DNA of 64,000 nucleotides from a virus (IMGVR_UViG_2731957752_000002:1-64000), one strand, 5' to 3'; shown: positions 20,996 to 32,500, counted from the first letter of the stretch. Made by a program: numbers and translations. Notes: generated from the letters alone by a model not told the origin.

Positions 20996-21358
20996 TCAGA
21001 CCGCTTGGGGCGCCTCCGCATAGTCCGCCGCGGCAAGCAGCGCGACAGCCAGCGAACGGGCATCCGCAGGTCGCGGAACCGGGTTGCTCACCATGTCTTG
21101 GACGATCCGACCATCCGACGCGCGCACGGTGACGCGCGCCCGCGAATCGTGACTACTCACGGGCCAGCACTGTTGGCCCGCACCATCCAGCTCAGCATCC
21201 GGCAGCTTCACCAACGCATAGCCGCCATCGATGATGCGCCGAGCGTAGATCTCGGACTGTTCCCGGCGGGTCTGGATCTCGATAGCCTCACTGAGAGTCG
21301 ACCACGTGGCCGCCCAGGCTTCCGGGTCGAGCAGCCGCGCCAGCTCGCTAATGTCCAT
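20996..21358 (-). CDS. Hypothetical protein
   Basis: ORF in leftward block with SD. Confidence 0.6.
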   Translation of the reverse strand: MDISELARLLDPEAWAATWSTLSEAIEIQTRREQSEIYARRIIDGGYALVKLPDAELDGAGQQCWPVSSHDSRARVTVRASDGRIVQDMVSNPVPRPADARSLAVALLAAADYAEAPQAV

Positions 21359-21471
21359 CTCGTTCGTCCTGTTCTTTGCTCAGCACCTCGGCAAGCCCTG
21401 CTTCGATATCGAGGCTGTCGCGTATGGCATCGACGAGAGCCTCATGCTGATCGTGCAGCCACTGGTCCAGC

Positions 21472-21876
21472 TCACTCATCGCGCTTCTCCGGCTCTCGTG
21501 TGTGTTTCGGCGCGGTATCAACGATTTCGCCGAGCATGGCCAGCAGTAGTCGGCGGCCTTGCTCCGATAGCGCTGGATCGGTGCGGATCGCGGTCTCGCT
21601 ATCCGATTCCTGCTCGGTCAAGACGATGCCCATGTCGGCGAGCACGGCGCGTGCGACCGTCGCGGGCGTGACCCCCAGGCCAGCGGCGAGCCCGTAGATG
21701 GTCGATCGGCTCAACGACGGGTTCTCGCCGGTAGCGACACGTCCGATATTGCTTTTGCCAAGCTTCTCCCCGGACGCCTCCGCACGGGCGACCATGTCCG
21801 CATACGACAAGTCGTTGAGTCGTTTACGCTGCTCAATCAACGCTCGAAGGTGCGACTCCTCACGCTTCCCGTCCAT
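21472..21876 (-). CDS. XRE-family HTH regulator
   Basis: LSYADMVARAEASGEKLGKSNIGRVATGENPSLSRSTIYGLAAGLGVTPATV. Confidence 0.75.
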   Translation of the reverse strand: MDGKREESHLRALIEQRKRLNDLSYADMVARAEASGEKLGKSNIGRVATGENPSLSRSTIYGLAAGLGVTPATVARAVLADMGIVLTEQESDSETAIRTDPALSEQGRRLLLAMLGEIVDTAPKHTREPEKRDE

Positions 21877-22027
21877 CGCGCCTCTCTCGTTCCTGTTCAT
21901 GTTTCGGCTTCCGCTCATACTGCTTCCCAGACGGGATCGGTCGTGCCGCATTCGACGAACGGAGAGCTTGCCGGCGACGCCACGCCTCCAAATCCGGGCG
22001 GTCAGGTGGACGGTCATGAGCGGTCAC
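21860..22027 (-). CDS. Small basic peptide
   Basis: GTG overlapping upstream stop; RRRQALRSSNAARPIPSGKQYERKPKH. Confidence 0.45.
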   Translation of the reverse strand: MTAHDRPPDRPDLEAWRRRQALRSSNAARPIPSGKQYERKPKHEQERERRDGREA

Positions 22028-22669
22028 AACTCGCCCCGCCTGCGTTTGCGTTCGCGTTCCCGCTCCTGGTGCTCGACGAGTAGTTCGCTCGCCCGCGCTT
22101 CCGCCTGGTCGCCGAACTCCCACTTGTGCTCCTCGCACAGTGCATACCCGGCGACGATCGTCACGGCCTTGTCGTCGATGGACCTCGGACGCGGTGCGCC
22201 GTACAGGCAGAGCGCGCATTCGAGCCCACCCGAAATAGTCACTTCCATGTCAGTCCTGTTCGGTGTCGTTCAGTTCGAGGTAGCGGGAAACCGCGGCTTG
22301 CAGTGCGCGAGCAGCATCCGGGCTCGGGCTGCTTTGGAACCGGTCAGCAGCGTCACGTGCAGCGCCCTCAACCGCTTGGCGCCGCGCCTCTTCTCGGTAC
22401 TTCTCGACGGTGGGATCATCGTGCGGGGCGAGGTAGTCGCTGCGGCTCCACGCACCGCTGTCACGACGCAACCATGTCGCGCCGTGAAGTTGAGTGGTCC
22501 GGTTGATGTTGAACTTTTCGTCGCGCCCGTGGACGATGACGAGGACATCACGTTTACCGACCTTGTCGACGGTGGCTTCGGCGACAAGCTTCCCGCTATA
22601 GCCGAAGCTCGTGATGTATGCGACTTTCGCGCCCATGGTCAACCATTCGAGGCCGGGGGTGATGGTCAC
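22024..22669 (-). CDS. Two hypothetical genes (22024-22248 Zn-finger-like, 22250-22669)
   Basis: CALC...LCEEH; adjacent ORFs in leftward block. Confidence 0.6.
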
Positions 22670-22820
22670 TCTGTGCCCTCGTCGTTGCTGTGCGGCTTCG
22701 TCAACTCCGCCAACGCTTTGCTTATCCCTGCGATCCGCTGTTCCGGCGTCTGCTCCATGTAGCGGCGGACACGATCACGGGCGGTGAGCTGGTCGTTAGA
22801 CATGGCTTGATCCTCGCTCG

Positions 22821-23312
22821 TCAGGCGGCGTCGGCGTCGCGGTAGACAGTGACCGCATTGTCCGTGACGACCAGATCCCAGGTGTCGTCCGAATCTTCGC
22901 CCTGAGCGTGAATGACGCCGTTCACGACATGATCGAATGTGAAACCCTCAAACCCCGGATGCCCCTCGGCGCGCGCGCCACTGCGAAGGAAATGGTCGAT
23001 AAGGTATCGCATCCAGACGTCCGCCTCATGGAACTTCTCGCCGCCATCCCATTCGATGGCAGTCCCATCCTCGGTCGGCACCCATTGGCACCAAAGGCTG
23101 GGTTGACCTTCGGGCGGGCAGTTGTAGTCGCGGATATCGGAGTCGTGCCCCTGACCGTGCCCCCATTGACCGTCCGTGCCATCCACGAAGTAGGGGCCGC
23201 TGGTGCGGTCCATGCGCCGCGTATCAGCGAACCGCAACAGGTAGGCGCGTTCGGTCTCGTTGAGCGGAGGTGTGACGGTCACAGAGCCTTCGAAGTCCGT
23301 CGTGTATCCCAT
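22821..23312 (-). CDS. Hypothetical phage protein
   Basis: MGYTTDFEG...QPSLWCQWVP...WDGGEKF; AAGGA SD. Confidence 0.75.
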   Translation of the reverse strand: MGYTTDFEGSVTVTPPLNETERAYLLRFADTRRMDRTSGPYFVDGTDGQWGHGQGHDSDIRDYNCPPEGQPSLWCQWVPTEDGTAIEWDGGEKFHEADVWMRYLIDHFLRSGARAEGHPGFEGFTFDHVVNGVIHAQGEDSDDTWDLVVTDNAVTVYRDADAA

Positions 23313-23362
23313 GATTGGTTTCCTTGCGTGCGTCGGTCGGTTTGGGGGGAGGTGGTCAGAAG

Positions 23363-23695
23363 TCAGGCGGCGTGGACGTCGCGGCGGAAGAAACACGAGG
23401 CGCCCGTGACGAGCGACAGAGCCTTCTTCGCGCTGATGTCATGCCAGTCCTGGTAGTAGCCGCGGGCGATTGCCGTGAACAGTCGGTAGGTGCCCGTGCT
23501 GCGCGTGTGCCACGTCAGCGTGACTTCGGTGGTGACATCGCAGCCTTCCGGCAACCATTTCGCTCGGAACGTCACGAACGGGCTGTCGCCGCTGTTGTTG
23601 TGCTGCACGATGAACGACCGACCATGCGACAGGGCCGCTTCGATCAGTTCGGCGAGCGCCTTCGGTGGCGTGAACTGCGCGGCTTCGGTGGTCAT
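23363..23695 (-). CDS. Hypothetical protein
   Basis: GAAGGAA SD. Confidence 0.65.
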   Translation of the reverse strand: MTTEAAQFTPPKALAELIEAALSHGRSFIVQHNNSGDSPFVTFRAKWLPEGCDVTTEVTLTWHTRSTGTYRLFTAIARGYYQDWHDISAKKALSLVTGASCFFRRDVHAA

Positions 23696-23792
23696 GGGGT
23701 CGTTCCTTCGATTCGTAGTGGCTGGTGAACTGGCCGGGTTTGTTGCGCCGAGTCCTGGAGGCCGGTCCCTCCGCCCAATCGGGCTGCCCCGC

Positions 23793-23804
23793 TTACACTT
23801 TCAT
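23793..23804 (-). other. Three-codon minigene Met-Lys-Val-stop behind a strong SD
   Basis: Minus strand GAAAGGAGtcagagcgATGAAAGTGTAA. Confidence 0.5.
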
Positions 23805-23846
23805 CGCTCTGACTCCTTTCGTGAGGTGTTGGGTTGGTGGCTGGTG

Positions 23847-23910
23847 TGGGTCGTGCAGGGGTTGAACCTGCTGCCGCTATCGCCATTCGCGGCACTCACC
23901 CGAGCGACCC
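23847..23910 (-). ncRNA. tRNA-like mini-element (acceptor stem + T arm, no canonical D or anticodon arm)
   Basis: GGGTCG...CGACCC-A acceptor-like stem, GCAGG-TTCAACC-CCTGC T arm, TGCCGC/GCGGCA stem. Confidence 0.55.
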
Positions 23911-23915
23911 TGGGG

Positions 23916-25097
23916 TTATGCGGCTTCGTTGCGATGTGCGCGCGCCAGGAAGCGGGCGTGTTCACGGTCCTCGGCGTACTTGAACCAGCCGCACAGGCAC
24001 TGCGCTGAAGCGAGCATGGTCGACACATAGCGACCACACGACCCGTTCGATTTGGTCTTGTAACGCTCACCCGTGACCCGCTCATGAGTGCGGGTTCGGT
24101 GCTCACCGGTACCGGTCCAGCCGACCTTCGGCGCGGCGGGCAAGGGGAGAGCGGCGAGTGCATCCCACCCGGCGTTGGTCAGATAGACACCCCGGATGCG
24201 CTTGTCCTCGGCGTGACCCATTTCGATCAGTCGGTTGAGGGTTTGAGCCGAACCGGTGATCGCGCCGGAGTCGTCCACTGTGTCGAGGGCCTTCGCCATC
24301 GCGGGTGTTACGGCTGACATAGGGAACTCGCCAGCAGCGCTGAAAAAGCTGGTCGGAATGATGGTCATCGTGAACTCCTCGGGTTGGACGGTCGGGGCGT
24401 GTGGTGGCTGGTTTGTGGGGAGCGTCGTTGATCCGTTCCGCACGCCGTTGTGCGTCAACCAGCCACCACCATTCGGAAAGTCAGGCGACGACCGTGACGG
24501 GTGCGTCCCAACCGTCGAGATCCCACGTCGAGCCATCGGCGAACGTGACCTGAACCCAGCAGCCGTGATCGTCGGCGGCTTCGGTGACGTCGGCGACGAC
24601 ACGGCCTTCGACCGCGAGACCGCTGCGGGTGATTCGGTGACCGGCGCGGAGTCGGCTGACGGGGATAGTGGTCGTTCTCATCGGGGGTAGTCCTTTCGGA
24701 ATAATCAGGCCGCGACGAGGTGCGCGGTCCGTGGGTAGGCACGCAGCCCCTCAGTTAAAGACGAGTCGGTGGGGGAGTATGCGAACACCTCGATCGGGCG
24801 GTCGTTGCGGACCGTCCACACACGCTGCGGGTCAACGCCGGTGAGCGCGATGTGCGCGGCCTTCACCTTCTTGCCGGCGTGCGACCCGAAGCGCCGCACC
24901 AGCTCTTCGTCGGCACCCAGTGTCCGCATGTGGGCGGTGATGGTGACCAGCGCGCCGCGGGTGATGGCTGCGGTGATGTCGGCACCGTTGAGGAACCGGA
25001 CGACCGCCTGGGCGAGGAGGCGGCGCACGCGAGCGCGGAGGGCTTTCGCGGTGGCGCGACGCTGGGCGCGGGCTTCGCTGTAGGTGGTGCGGATCAT
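23916..25097 (-). CDS. Three hypothetical genes (23916-24368, 24481-24681, 24705-25097)
   Basis: Each with GAGGAG/AAGGA-type SD; first genes of the leftward operon. Confidence 0.65.
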
Positions 25098-25135
25098 CGC
25101 GGGGCTCCTTCGGTGTGATCTCGGCTACACGAACT

Positions 25136-25164
25136 ACTGTACGCGTCGCATATAATGAATGCAA
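25136..25164 (-). promoter_or_regulatory. Leftward promoter with operator
   Basis: Minus strand TTGCAT-17 nt-TACAGT; operator GCATTCATTATATGC. Confidence 0.7.
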
Positions 25165-25196
25165 CAGAATCGCATGAATGAGACATTGCGATTCGG

Positions 25197-25523
25197 CTAC
25201 CGCTGCTCGTCCATACCCTCCGGCAGCGACGTCAGGATGTCCCCCAACATCACCGCAAGCGCCGGATCGCTATAGACCCGACCCGATTTCGTGTCCCGGA
25301 CACAGAACTCCTGCCCATGCCGGTGTGCGCGCACCAGTACGGCCATGATCAGCATCGCCTGGTTGTACAGGTGCGACTTCGGCAGCCCGGTCAGCTCCGA
25401 CAGTTCTGACGCATATCGGTGCGTGTACGGCGACTGCGTGAAGGTCAAGCGCCGTTCAGCGTCTTTGCGGCCGTTGCCGTTCGGTGAGCCGTTGGTGTGT
25501 GGGGCGCCTGGGCCCGCGGTCAT
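25197..25523 (-). CDS. Putative ribbon-helix-helix regulator
   Basis: RRLTFTQ strand then HRYASELSELTGLPKSHLYNQAM helices. Confidence 0.5.
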   Translation of the reverse strand: MTAGPGAPHTNGSPNGNGRKDAERRLTFTQSPYTHRYASELSELTGLPKSHLYNQAMLIMAVLVRAHRHGQEFCVRDTKSGRVYSDPALAVMLGDILTSLPEGMDEQR

Positions 25524-25667
25524 GGCTGCCTGCCGCTCGGTGAGTGTTCGAGCGTCGATTTGGTGGTCATCTGGGGCCTTCCTGTGATGCGCCAACGCAT
25601 GCAGAGGGCTGCGGGCGGGGGAGTGGAGGGCGCGCCGGCCGATCGTGGGCGGCGCTGCTGTCTCTTG

Positions 25668-25780
25668 ACGGTACGTCTCGTGTGCAGTGAATGCAATCGC
25701 ATGCATGAGATCGAACCGTTACCGAAGTTTCTCAGCAGTTCCTGTTGCGTCTAGTGAGCTGTATCTCATACAGTGAATGC
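25668..25780. promoter_or_regulatory. Divergent promoter pair with CAGTGAATGC operator half-sites
   Basis: Minus: TTGCAT(25696-25691)-17-TACCGT(25673-25668); plus: TTGCGT(25745)-18-TACAGT(25769); CAGTGAATGC at 25685 and 25771. Confidence 0.65.
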
Positions 25781-25826
25781 AACGAACCGCTCCGGCTGGC
25801 ACCGGACCAACCCGAAAGCGACACCC

Positions 25827-28395
25827 ATGGACGACCGATACGAGTGGATCCCCGTCATCCACGAAACCTGCAACGGACAGGGCTGCCGCGACTGCGGCTT
25901 CACTGGCGAACTCACCGTCCGCATCAACCTCGACGAGGTGGCGGCATGAACCTCACCACCGTCGTACGTGACGTCCTCAACACCAGCGACTACCGCGTCA
26001 CCGGCCACATCGGCGCAGACCACCTGTTCGCCGACGAATGCGACCACTGCAACACCGGGGCCACCGTCCTCATCGAGGCCACCACCAGCCACCAGCGCGG
26101 CGCGACCCGCGAAGGCCACATCTACTGCGTCGAACACGCCATCAACGCCATCGACACCCTCACCTGGGCCAGCGACGCCGACGAAATCGCCGTCACCATC
26201 CCCGCGAACCTCGCCGCCCTCGCGACCTTCACCGCCTCCCTCGACATCGCAGCCTGAAAGGCCACACCATGCGTACCTACACCGAAACCGACGTCCGCCG
26301 CATGCTCGGCCTGCCCGCGAAGGACCCACGCGTCGACTTCGAGAACGACTGGAACGGAAGCGAATTCAAAGACGCCGAGTGCGTCGTTGACAAGTGTCCT
26401 CACGTCAGCGCCGCCGTGTTTCTCGACTGGACCCGCCCCGGCTTCGACCCCGACACCGACCGGCCCAACCAACTCAACCTTGAGCAGTGGGCTCTGTGCT
26501 GGGAGCACGCTCGCGCCGACATCGCCGAAGCGCTCGACGAGACTGAGCCGTTCGCGCATGACGACGACGTTTACATCAAGGTCGTCGTCAACGGTTGGTA
26601 CCTGGTGTACGGGCTCGGGCAGGTGGCGGCATGAGCGCCCGCATGTCCGGCGACGAGTACATGGAACTGCTGAAACAGCGTTCAGACGAATGGATGGCCT
26701 CACACTCGACCGTCCGGCCGAAGTTTCCGCCGCTGCTGACGTGGTTCATCCAGGACGGCGACGAAGACTTGGTTGACCCAGCCATCCTGGCCGCCCCCGA
26801 ACCGAAGCCGAAGCCGGTTCGCCGTCCCCGCTACTACCGGCCCGCGTCGTACTGGCGGGACCAGATCGCCGAGATTGAAGCACGGATGGCACCGCTCACT
26901 GCGCCGCTGATCAACGACCGCGCGGCAGCTGGCGGAGTCGGTCTCGGCCCCAAGCGGACAGCCCGCATTCAGGCCAGGGAAGACGGCCGATTGCGGCGAT
27001 ACGTCGCCCTGCAAAAGCAGCTGGAGCACGCGAAACACATGTTGCGGAGCGCAGAGGTACGAGAGGCGCGCGCAGCAGGGAAGGCGGTGGCGTGATGATC
27101 ACCCGGCATCCGGCAGGCCGCCCCGTCACCTACTACGGGGAGGAACCGATCACCGACCACGACGGGTACGCCGTCGAGGTCGCGGGGGAGGAAGGCACCG
27201 AATGGTGCCGCCTGCGCATCGCAACCGCGGTCGGGAGCCGCGTCCGTATCTCGGCTGAGCTCAACGAATCCGACGTCCGCGAGACCATCGCCCGCCTCGC
27301 CGCGTGGCTCGAAGATCACCAGGAGCAGAAGTGAACCCCAACGACATGTGGGATCCCGAGTTGGAAGCGCTCGCGCTCGTCATCTTCGGCGCCATCCACC
27401 GCAACGAAATCGGCACCGACCCCGCCGACGTTCGCGCCGAATGGCACGTCATCGGCCACAAAGAGCAAGCCAACTACATTGCCGGCGCGGTCGCCGCGTG
27501 TGCTCACGCACTGGAGGTCCAGCGGTGACCGATTGCAGGCACGAGCAGCAGGCCGCCGCAAGGTTCGCTCGCGCGGCTGACGAACTCCGCGCTATCGAGC
27601 ACGACCTCCGGTGGAACAACCACGGTCAAGCCGCAGCCCAAATCGCCGCGCTCGCCGACCGATTCGAGAAAGACATCCAGCGATGACCGAGCAAAGAAGC
27701 ATCAAGTACGCGATCCGGCAGCCAGACGGACGCCTCGTCTACGACTACCCCGGCAACGACCCCGAAGACGGCGTAGCGATGTGGATTTCGGCGAGCGAAC
27801 GCGCCTACGTGTGGGACACGCTGGAAGAAGCCGAACAAGCACGCCGGGTGATCATCGAATACATCTCCCGACTGGGGTTCGGGCTCGCCTACGCGTTTCG
27901 TGCGCACTCACAGGTGACTCCGTTGCGGATCGTCACAACAGTTGAATTGCTCAGGTTGGAGGAAGTAGACGACCCGAAGGCAGATGCCGAAGTCGCAGAC
28001 GTGACGGAACTGCGCACGTGGCCACGAGCCGAGGACGTGCCAATGGGTGTGAAGTTCAAAGGCATCGGCGAAGCCAGCATATACGTGTGGCAGCGCAGTG
28101 AAGATATCCGATTCGCGGTATCGACTACGCCCGAAAACCCATCCGCGGAATACCTTTACGAGCTGGACATCGCATACCCCGACGGTTTCGTGGAGGTACT
28201 GCCGTGAACAAGCCGTTCGTGTACCGCACACCTATTGGAGAGTGGGCCGTATCCCGCCCCACCGGACGCGACGAGTGGGAATGCGTCGCCACCTTCCCGG
28301 CATGGCAAAACGCGTTCAGCTACGCGCTTCGGCAAGCGACCAGCGACCGCGAGCGCTACCAGCCGTGGTGGCCGCCGAAGCGAGTTGCAGCATGA
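25827..28395 (+). CDS. Run of short hypothetical genes (25827-25949, 25946-26257, 26269-26634, 26631-27095, 27092-27334, 27331-27528, 27525-27686, 27683-28207, 28204-28395)
   Basis: Translationally coupled ORFs, several with Cys pairs. Confidence 0.6.
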
Positions 28396-28643
28396 GCGCC
28401 CCGAAGCCTGGTGACCTGGTCGTCTGGTACGTGCCAATGCCGCCAGTCCGCTCCTACACGCAACCGGTCCAGCATCTCGTCGAAGCCATCGCAGTCCTCG
28501 ACCACATCCGCCTCGTCCAAACCGGTAGGCCGACACAAATAGGCGTCTCCCGGTGGGAACCCGACGGCGACGGCGAGTTCGAGTGGACCGAAGTCGAAGC
28601 CCACGAACTCGATGAAGTGAAAGTGGCACTCGCCGCGCAATAG
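28392..28643 (+). CDS. Hypothetical protein resembling the P22 gp17-like family
   Basis: VVWYVPMPP...PVQHLVEAIAVLD...GDGEFEW, compared from memory. Confidence 0.35.
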   Translation: MSAPKPGDLVVWYVPMPPVRSYTQPVQHLVEAIAVLDHIRLVQTGRPTQIGVSRWEPDGDGEFEWTEVEAHELDEVKVALAAQ

Positions 28644-28777
28644 ACCTCCCAGCTCGCCGCCGCGACCCACGAGAAACGCGCGCTCGACGGCCAGCACAGG
28701 AGGAGGGCGGCGGCCCGAGATCGACCCGCAATCTCTCGGGCCGCCAGCCCTACCAAGCCTCAACCAGGAGAACCGAA

Positions 28778-31700
28778 ATGCCCGACACCATCCCCCTCAT
28801 GCGTAAGGTGCTCGACCACCTCACCCAGAACCCCAAAGACCACGACCAAAGCAAGTGGCGGAAATGCGTTGCCGGATGGGTGATCCAGATCCACGGCGAG
28901 TACGGATTCCTCTACGACGACCGCCCCTACGCCGATGCGTCCGAAGTGATCGACTTCCGCACCGGCGAAACCAGCAACACCGAAGACGTCGCCGCCCGAC
29001 TCCTCGGACTCGACCCGAACGAAGCCGCCGGCATGTTCGGTGTCCCGGAGCGCGACGCTCTCGACTGGCTCAGCGACCTCATCGCCGCCCACGACTCGAA
29101 GGTCCTCGACGCGCTCGCTGCCGACCTCGACGGGCGGGAGATCCGCCATGCCTGACCGCGACACCCTGGCCGACATCGTTCGCCAGCACGTCTCCTACGA
29201 CCACCAGCAAGCCACCGTTGACGCCATCCTCGCCGCAGGCTGGCAGCCACCCGCACGAGTCATCGAATCCGTGGACGAACTCGACAGGCTCCAGTCCGCT
29301 CAAGCGCTCACCGACGCCCGCGATCGCTGGGAATCCGTGGTGCCAGCAGTCATCGAGGACGCCCGCGGGCACATCTACGAACGCGACGTCGACAACGTCG
29401 AGTCGGAACTCTCTGGTGGCCTGCCGCACGCGGGTTGGTGGAAGACCGGCACCGACAACGAGGACTACGACAGTTCCACGATCCCGCTGCCCGTGAAGGT
29501 TCTGCGGCGTCCGCTGCATGGAGGAGAGGAGATCACCGATGACGAACGATCGAATTGGTGAACTGGAAGCCGAAGTCGAACGACTCCGTAATGGCGGCAA
29601 AGACCGCGGCGAAATGATCCGGCGCCTCAACGCAATCGCGTTGGACGCGACCGGACTTCACGACGCCATCAACGCGGACGGCGACGGGGACTGGGCTGCG
29701 GTGTGGGAGAACGTCAGCGACCTCGGCGCCAACCTCAAACGTGCGCGCGCCCGCGTCGCCAAGTTGGAGGAGCAGGTTGAAGCCGTGGCGGGCGAAAAGT
29801 GGCAGGCGGTGCTGATCATCCGTGAACAAGCGCACCGTGTCGATGAGCTGGAGGAGTTCGTCACCGACCTCGCTCGTCACGGTCTGCGGTTCGACACCAC
29901 ACCGACGATGCTCTCCTACGAGCCGACCCAGCTGTACATCAAGCTGACTGGCTACCTGCAAGACGCCGACCGGCGTATCCGCGAACGCGCCCGCGCACTG
30001 ATCGCTGCGGATGTGAATACCGATGTCTGACAGTTCGATCCGCAAGAATCTTGCGCGCGTGATGGCGGAATCGACCGACAGGCAGGCCCGTGAAATCGGC
30101 GGAGCCAGCTGGAACGAGACCGCGGCAGATGTCATCGCGGCCGGTTGGCGTCCACCCGCCAGCGTGGTCACTGACGCCGAGGCCGGCGAGCTTCCCAATG
30201 GGTCGGTGATCCTGCGCAACGGCAAGGCTTGGCAGCGCGACGGCTGGTGGTGGCACGCCGGTACCTCGACCAGCTGGGACCGGCCGTATGGGTCCGGCCC
30301 GATCACCGTCCTGCACATCCCCACCGAGGAGGCGTGATGGGCCACACGATCATCAAACCGATTCGCGACGAGGACTTCTACGTCGTCTACTCGTCTGTCG
30401 TGGATGCGCCGATCCAGTGCGGCACTCGCGCAGAGCTGGAGGCCACCTACGAGCACGCCGCAGCGGACCGGTTCGCCCGCGCGGACGAGCATGGCACGTC
30501 CTCGATGCATGGCTGGGATGGATGGGATCAGCAGACCATCACGGTGCGTGAAGGCTTTCGACCGGGCGCGTACCCGGCGAATGCCTGGTGCGCGAAAGTC
30601 GCACGTGCGGACCTCCGCAAATTCTGCGAATCCGTTGATGCCGACGGCTACTGGAACCCGCCCGAGGGGCTCATTACCTGGGACCTCTTCGACGAGGAGG
30701 GCGACGACGATGTGTGACCGCGACACCCTGGCCGAGTTGATCAACCTCCATCAACCAGCCGCTCGGGGGTTCTGGTGTTCGTGCGGGGAAGCGCTCGACT
30801 GCCATATCGACCAGCACCGCGCGGCCGTGGTGATCGCCGCAGGTTGGCGTCCACCCGCACGCCGCATCGAGACTCCCGCGGAGTTGGACGCGTTGCCGGA
30901 AGGTGCAGTCGTGCGCACCGCCGAAGGGCGGATCGCGGAGAAGACCTGCCACTACGGCGCCGCCGATCGTCACGGGTTTCGGTCCGACTGGGCGGAGACG
31001 CAGGACGACGACATCCCCATCGGCACTGACGAACTCGACGACCTGCCCGCCATCGTGCTGTGGGAACCCGAGGAGGTGACCAGCGGTGAATAACTACGAA
31101 GACTCCTACCGTGACTTTCTCGCCTACGCCGCTAGGCACGAGATGACTGTTCTGCACGATGACGGCCTGTACCGGCACATCCAGTTCGGGGCGCGCGGCA
31201 GTGTCGGCTGGTTTGAACTCGTCACCTGGCCTGGATATTTGGCGATCACCGGCGATTTCTATTCGTTCACGTTCGCGCGCATCTCGGACATGTTCGAGTT
31301 CTTCTCGGCATCCGGCATGGAGCGCATCAATCCTGGCTACTGGGCGGAGAAGCTGGTAGCCCGAGGAACGGACATCGAGGCGGTATCGGCAGAGAAGTTC
31401 ACCACCGAGGTGGTCCGCTACTTCTGGGAGCGTCGCGAAGACTGGATCGGCGAGAACGCTGCACTGTTCCACGAGATCCGTGAGGACGTTCTCAGCCATG
31501 CCGGCCACGGTTCGGAGCGGTTTGCGCTCGACGACTTCCGTTACTGGTTCGACGACGGCACCCCGTTCACCTTCGAGGACTCGTGGGAATGGGACCTCAA
31601 CGACTGGTCCATCCACTACCTGCGTGCCTGCCACGCCATCGTCTGGGGCATCAACAAATACCGCGCCGCCGCGGTCGAAATCACAGGAGCAGCAGCATGA

Positions 31701-32185
31701 GTTACATCGGCGGATACGGCAGCCGCATGTACGAGCGGCTTGAAGACCTCAGCGAACACGCCGACTGGATCGGCCGCAGCAGTAGCGGATACGACGACGC
31801 CATCAAACAGTACGTCGAAGCCTTACACACGGCCGCGAAAATCCGTGCCGCCGAACACCCAACCGTCACCAAGCCAGCCGAAGACCAGGCGCGCGGCCGA
31901 CGCGTCGTCCCGATGCAACGCGGCATCGGACGCCGGTCCGCAGGCCGTCCACGCCGCGGCGCCCGAGCCGCATAACCAACCCCCGAGGTGAAGTAGTTGA
32001 TCACGACCGAAACCGACGCCACAATCAAGCTCGAAGTCGCCGAAGGGAAGAGCGGCGCGAAATACGCGCTGCTCACCGTCGAGAACCACGCTGGCCGGAT
32101 CGTCGTCGCACTCGACCGCGACCAAGTCCGAACCCACGTCGGCGACAGCGTCGAAGTCTGGGCCGAACTGGGCCAGTCCAGCTGA
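28778..32185 (+). CDS. Run of hypothetical genes (28778-29155, 29148-29561, 29539-30030, 30023-30337, 30337-30717, 30710-31093, 31086-31700, 31697-31975, 31997-32185)
   Basis: Coupled ORFs; three share an AAGW(R/Q)PPA module. Confidence 0.65.
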
Positions 32186-32207
32186 CAACTGAACACAGCA
32201 AACCCTG

Positions 32208-32235
32208 ACGGGGCGGGAGAAATCCCGCCCCGTTT
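32208..32235 (+). terminator. Intrinsic terminator-like hairpin
   Basis: ACGGGGCGGGA-gaaa-TCCCGCCCCGT followed by TT. Confidence 0.65.
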
Positions 32236-32256
32236 GCTATCTCCAGCATTGTGTGC

Positions 32257-32271
32257 GCATACAGTGAATGA
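32257..32271 (+). promoter_or_regulatory. Operator-like site GCATACAGTGAATGA in AT-rich promoter region
   Basis: Matches the element at 713, 25148, 25766 and 39256; contains TACAGT. Confidence 0.55.
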
Positions 32272-32500
32272 TATTGTTTCCAGTGAACTCGACATTACCG
32301 CAAACCGGCAGCAAGACGACGAAACCATCGCCGACGCAAGCGAAAACCACTGCCACAAGCGCGAATACAATCCCCGATCTGGAGCACCCCATGAACAGCC
32401 TCAAACCCCACCCGCTCCTCACCCTCCTCGGCGTCCTCGCCGCAATCCCCATCCTCGCCATCGGCATCCTCATCGCCCCCATCATCGCGGCGGCCAAGCA

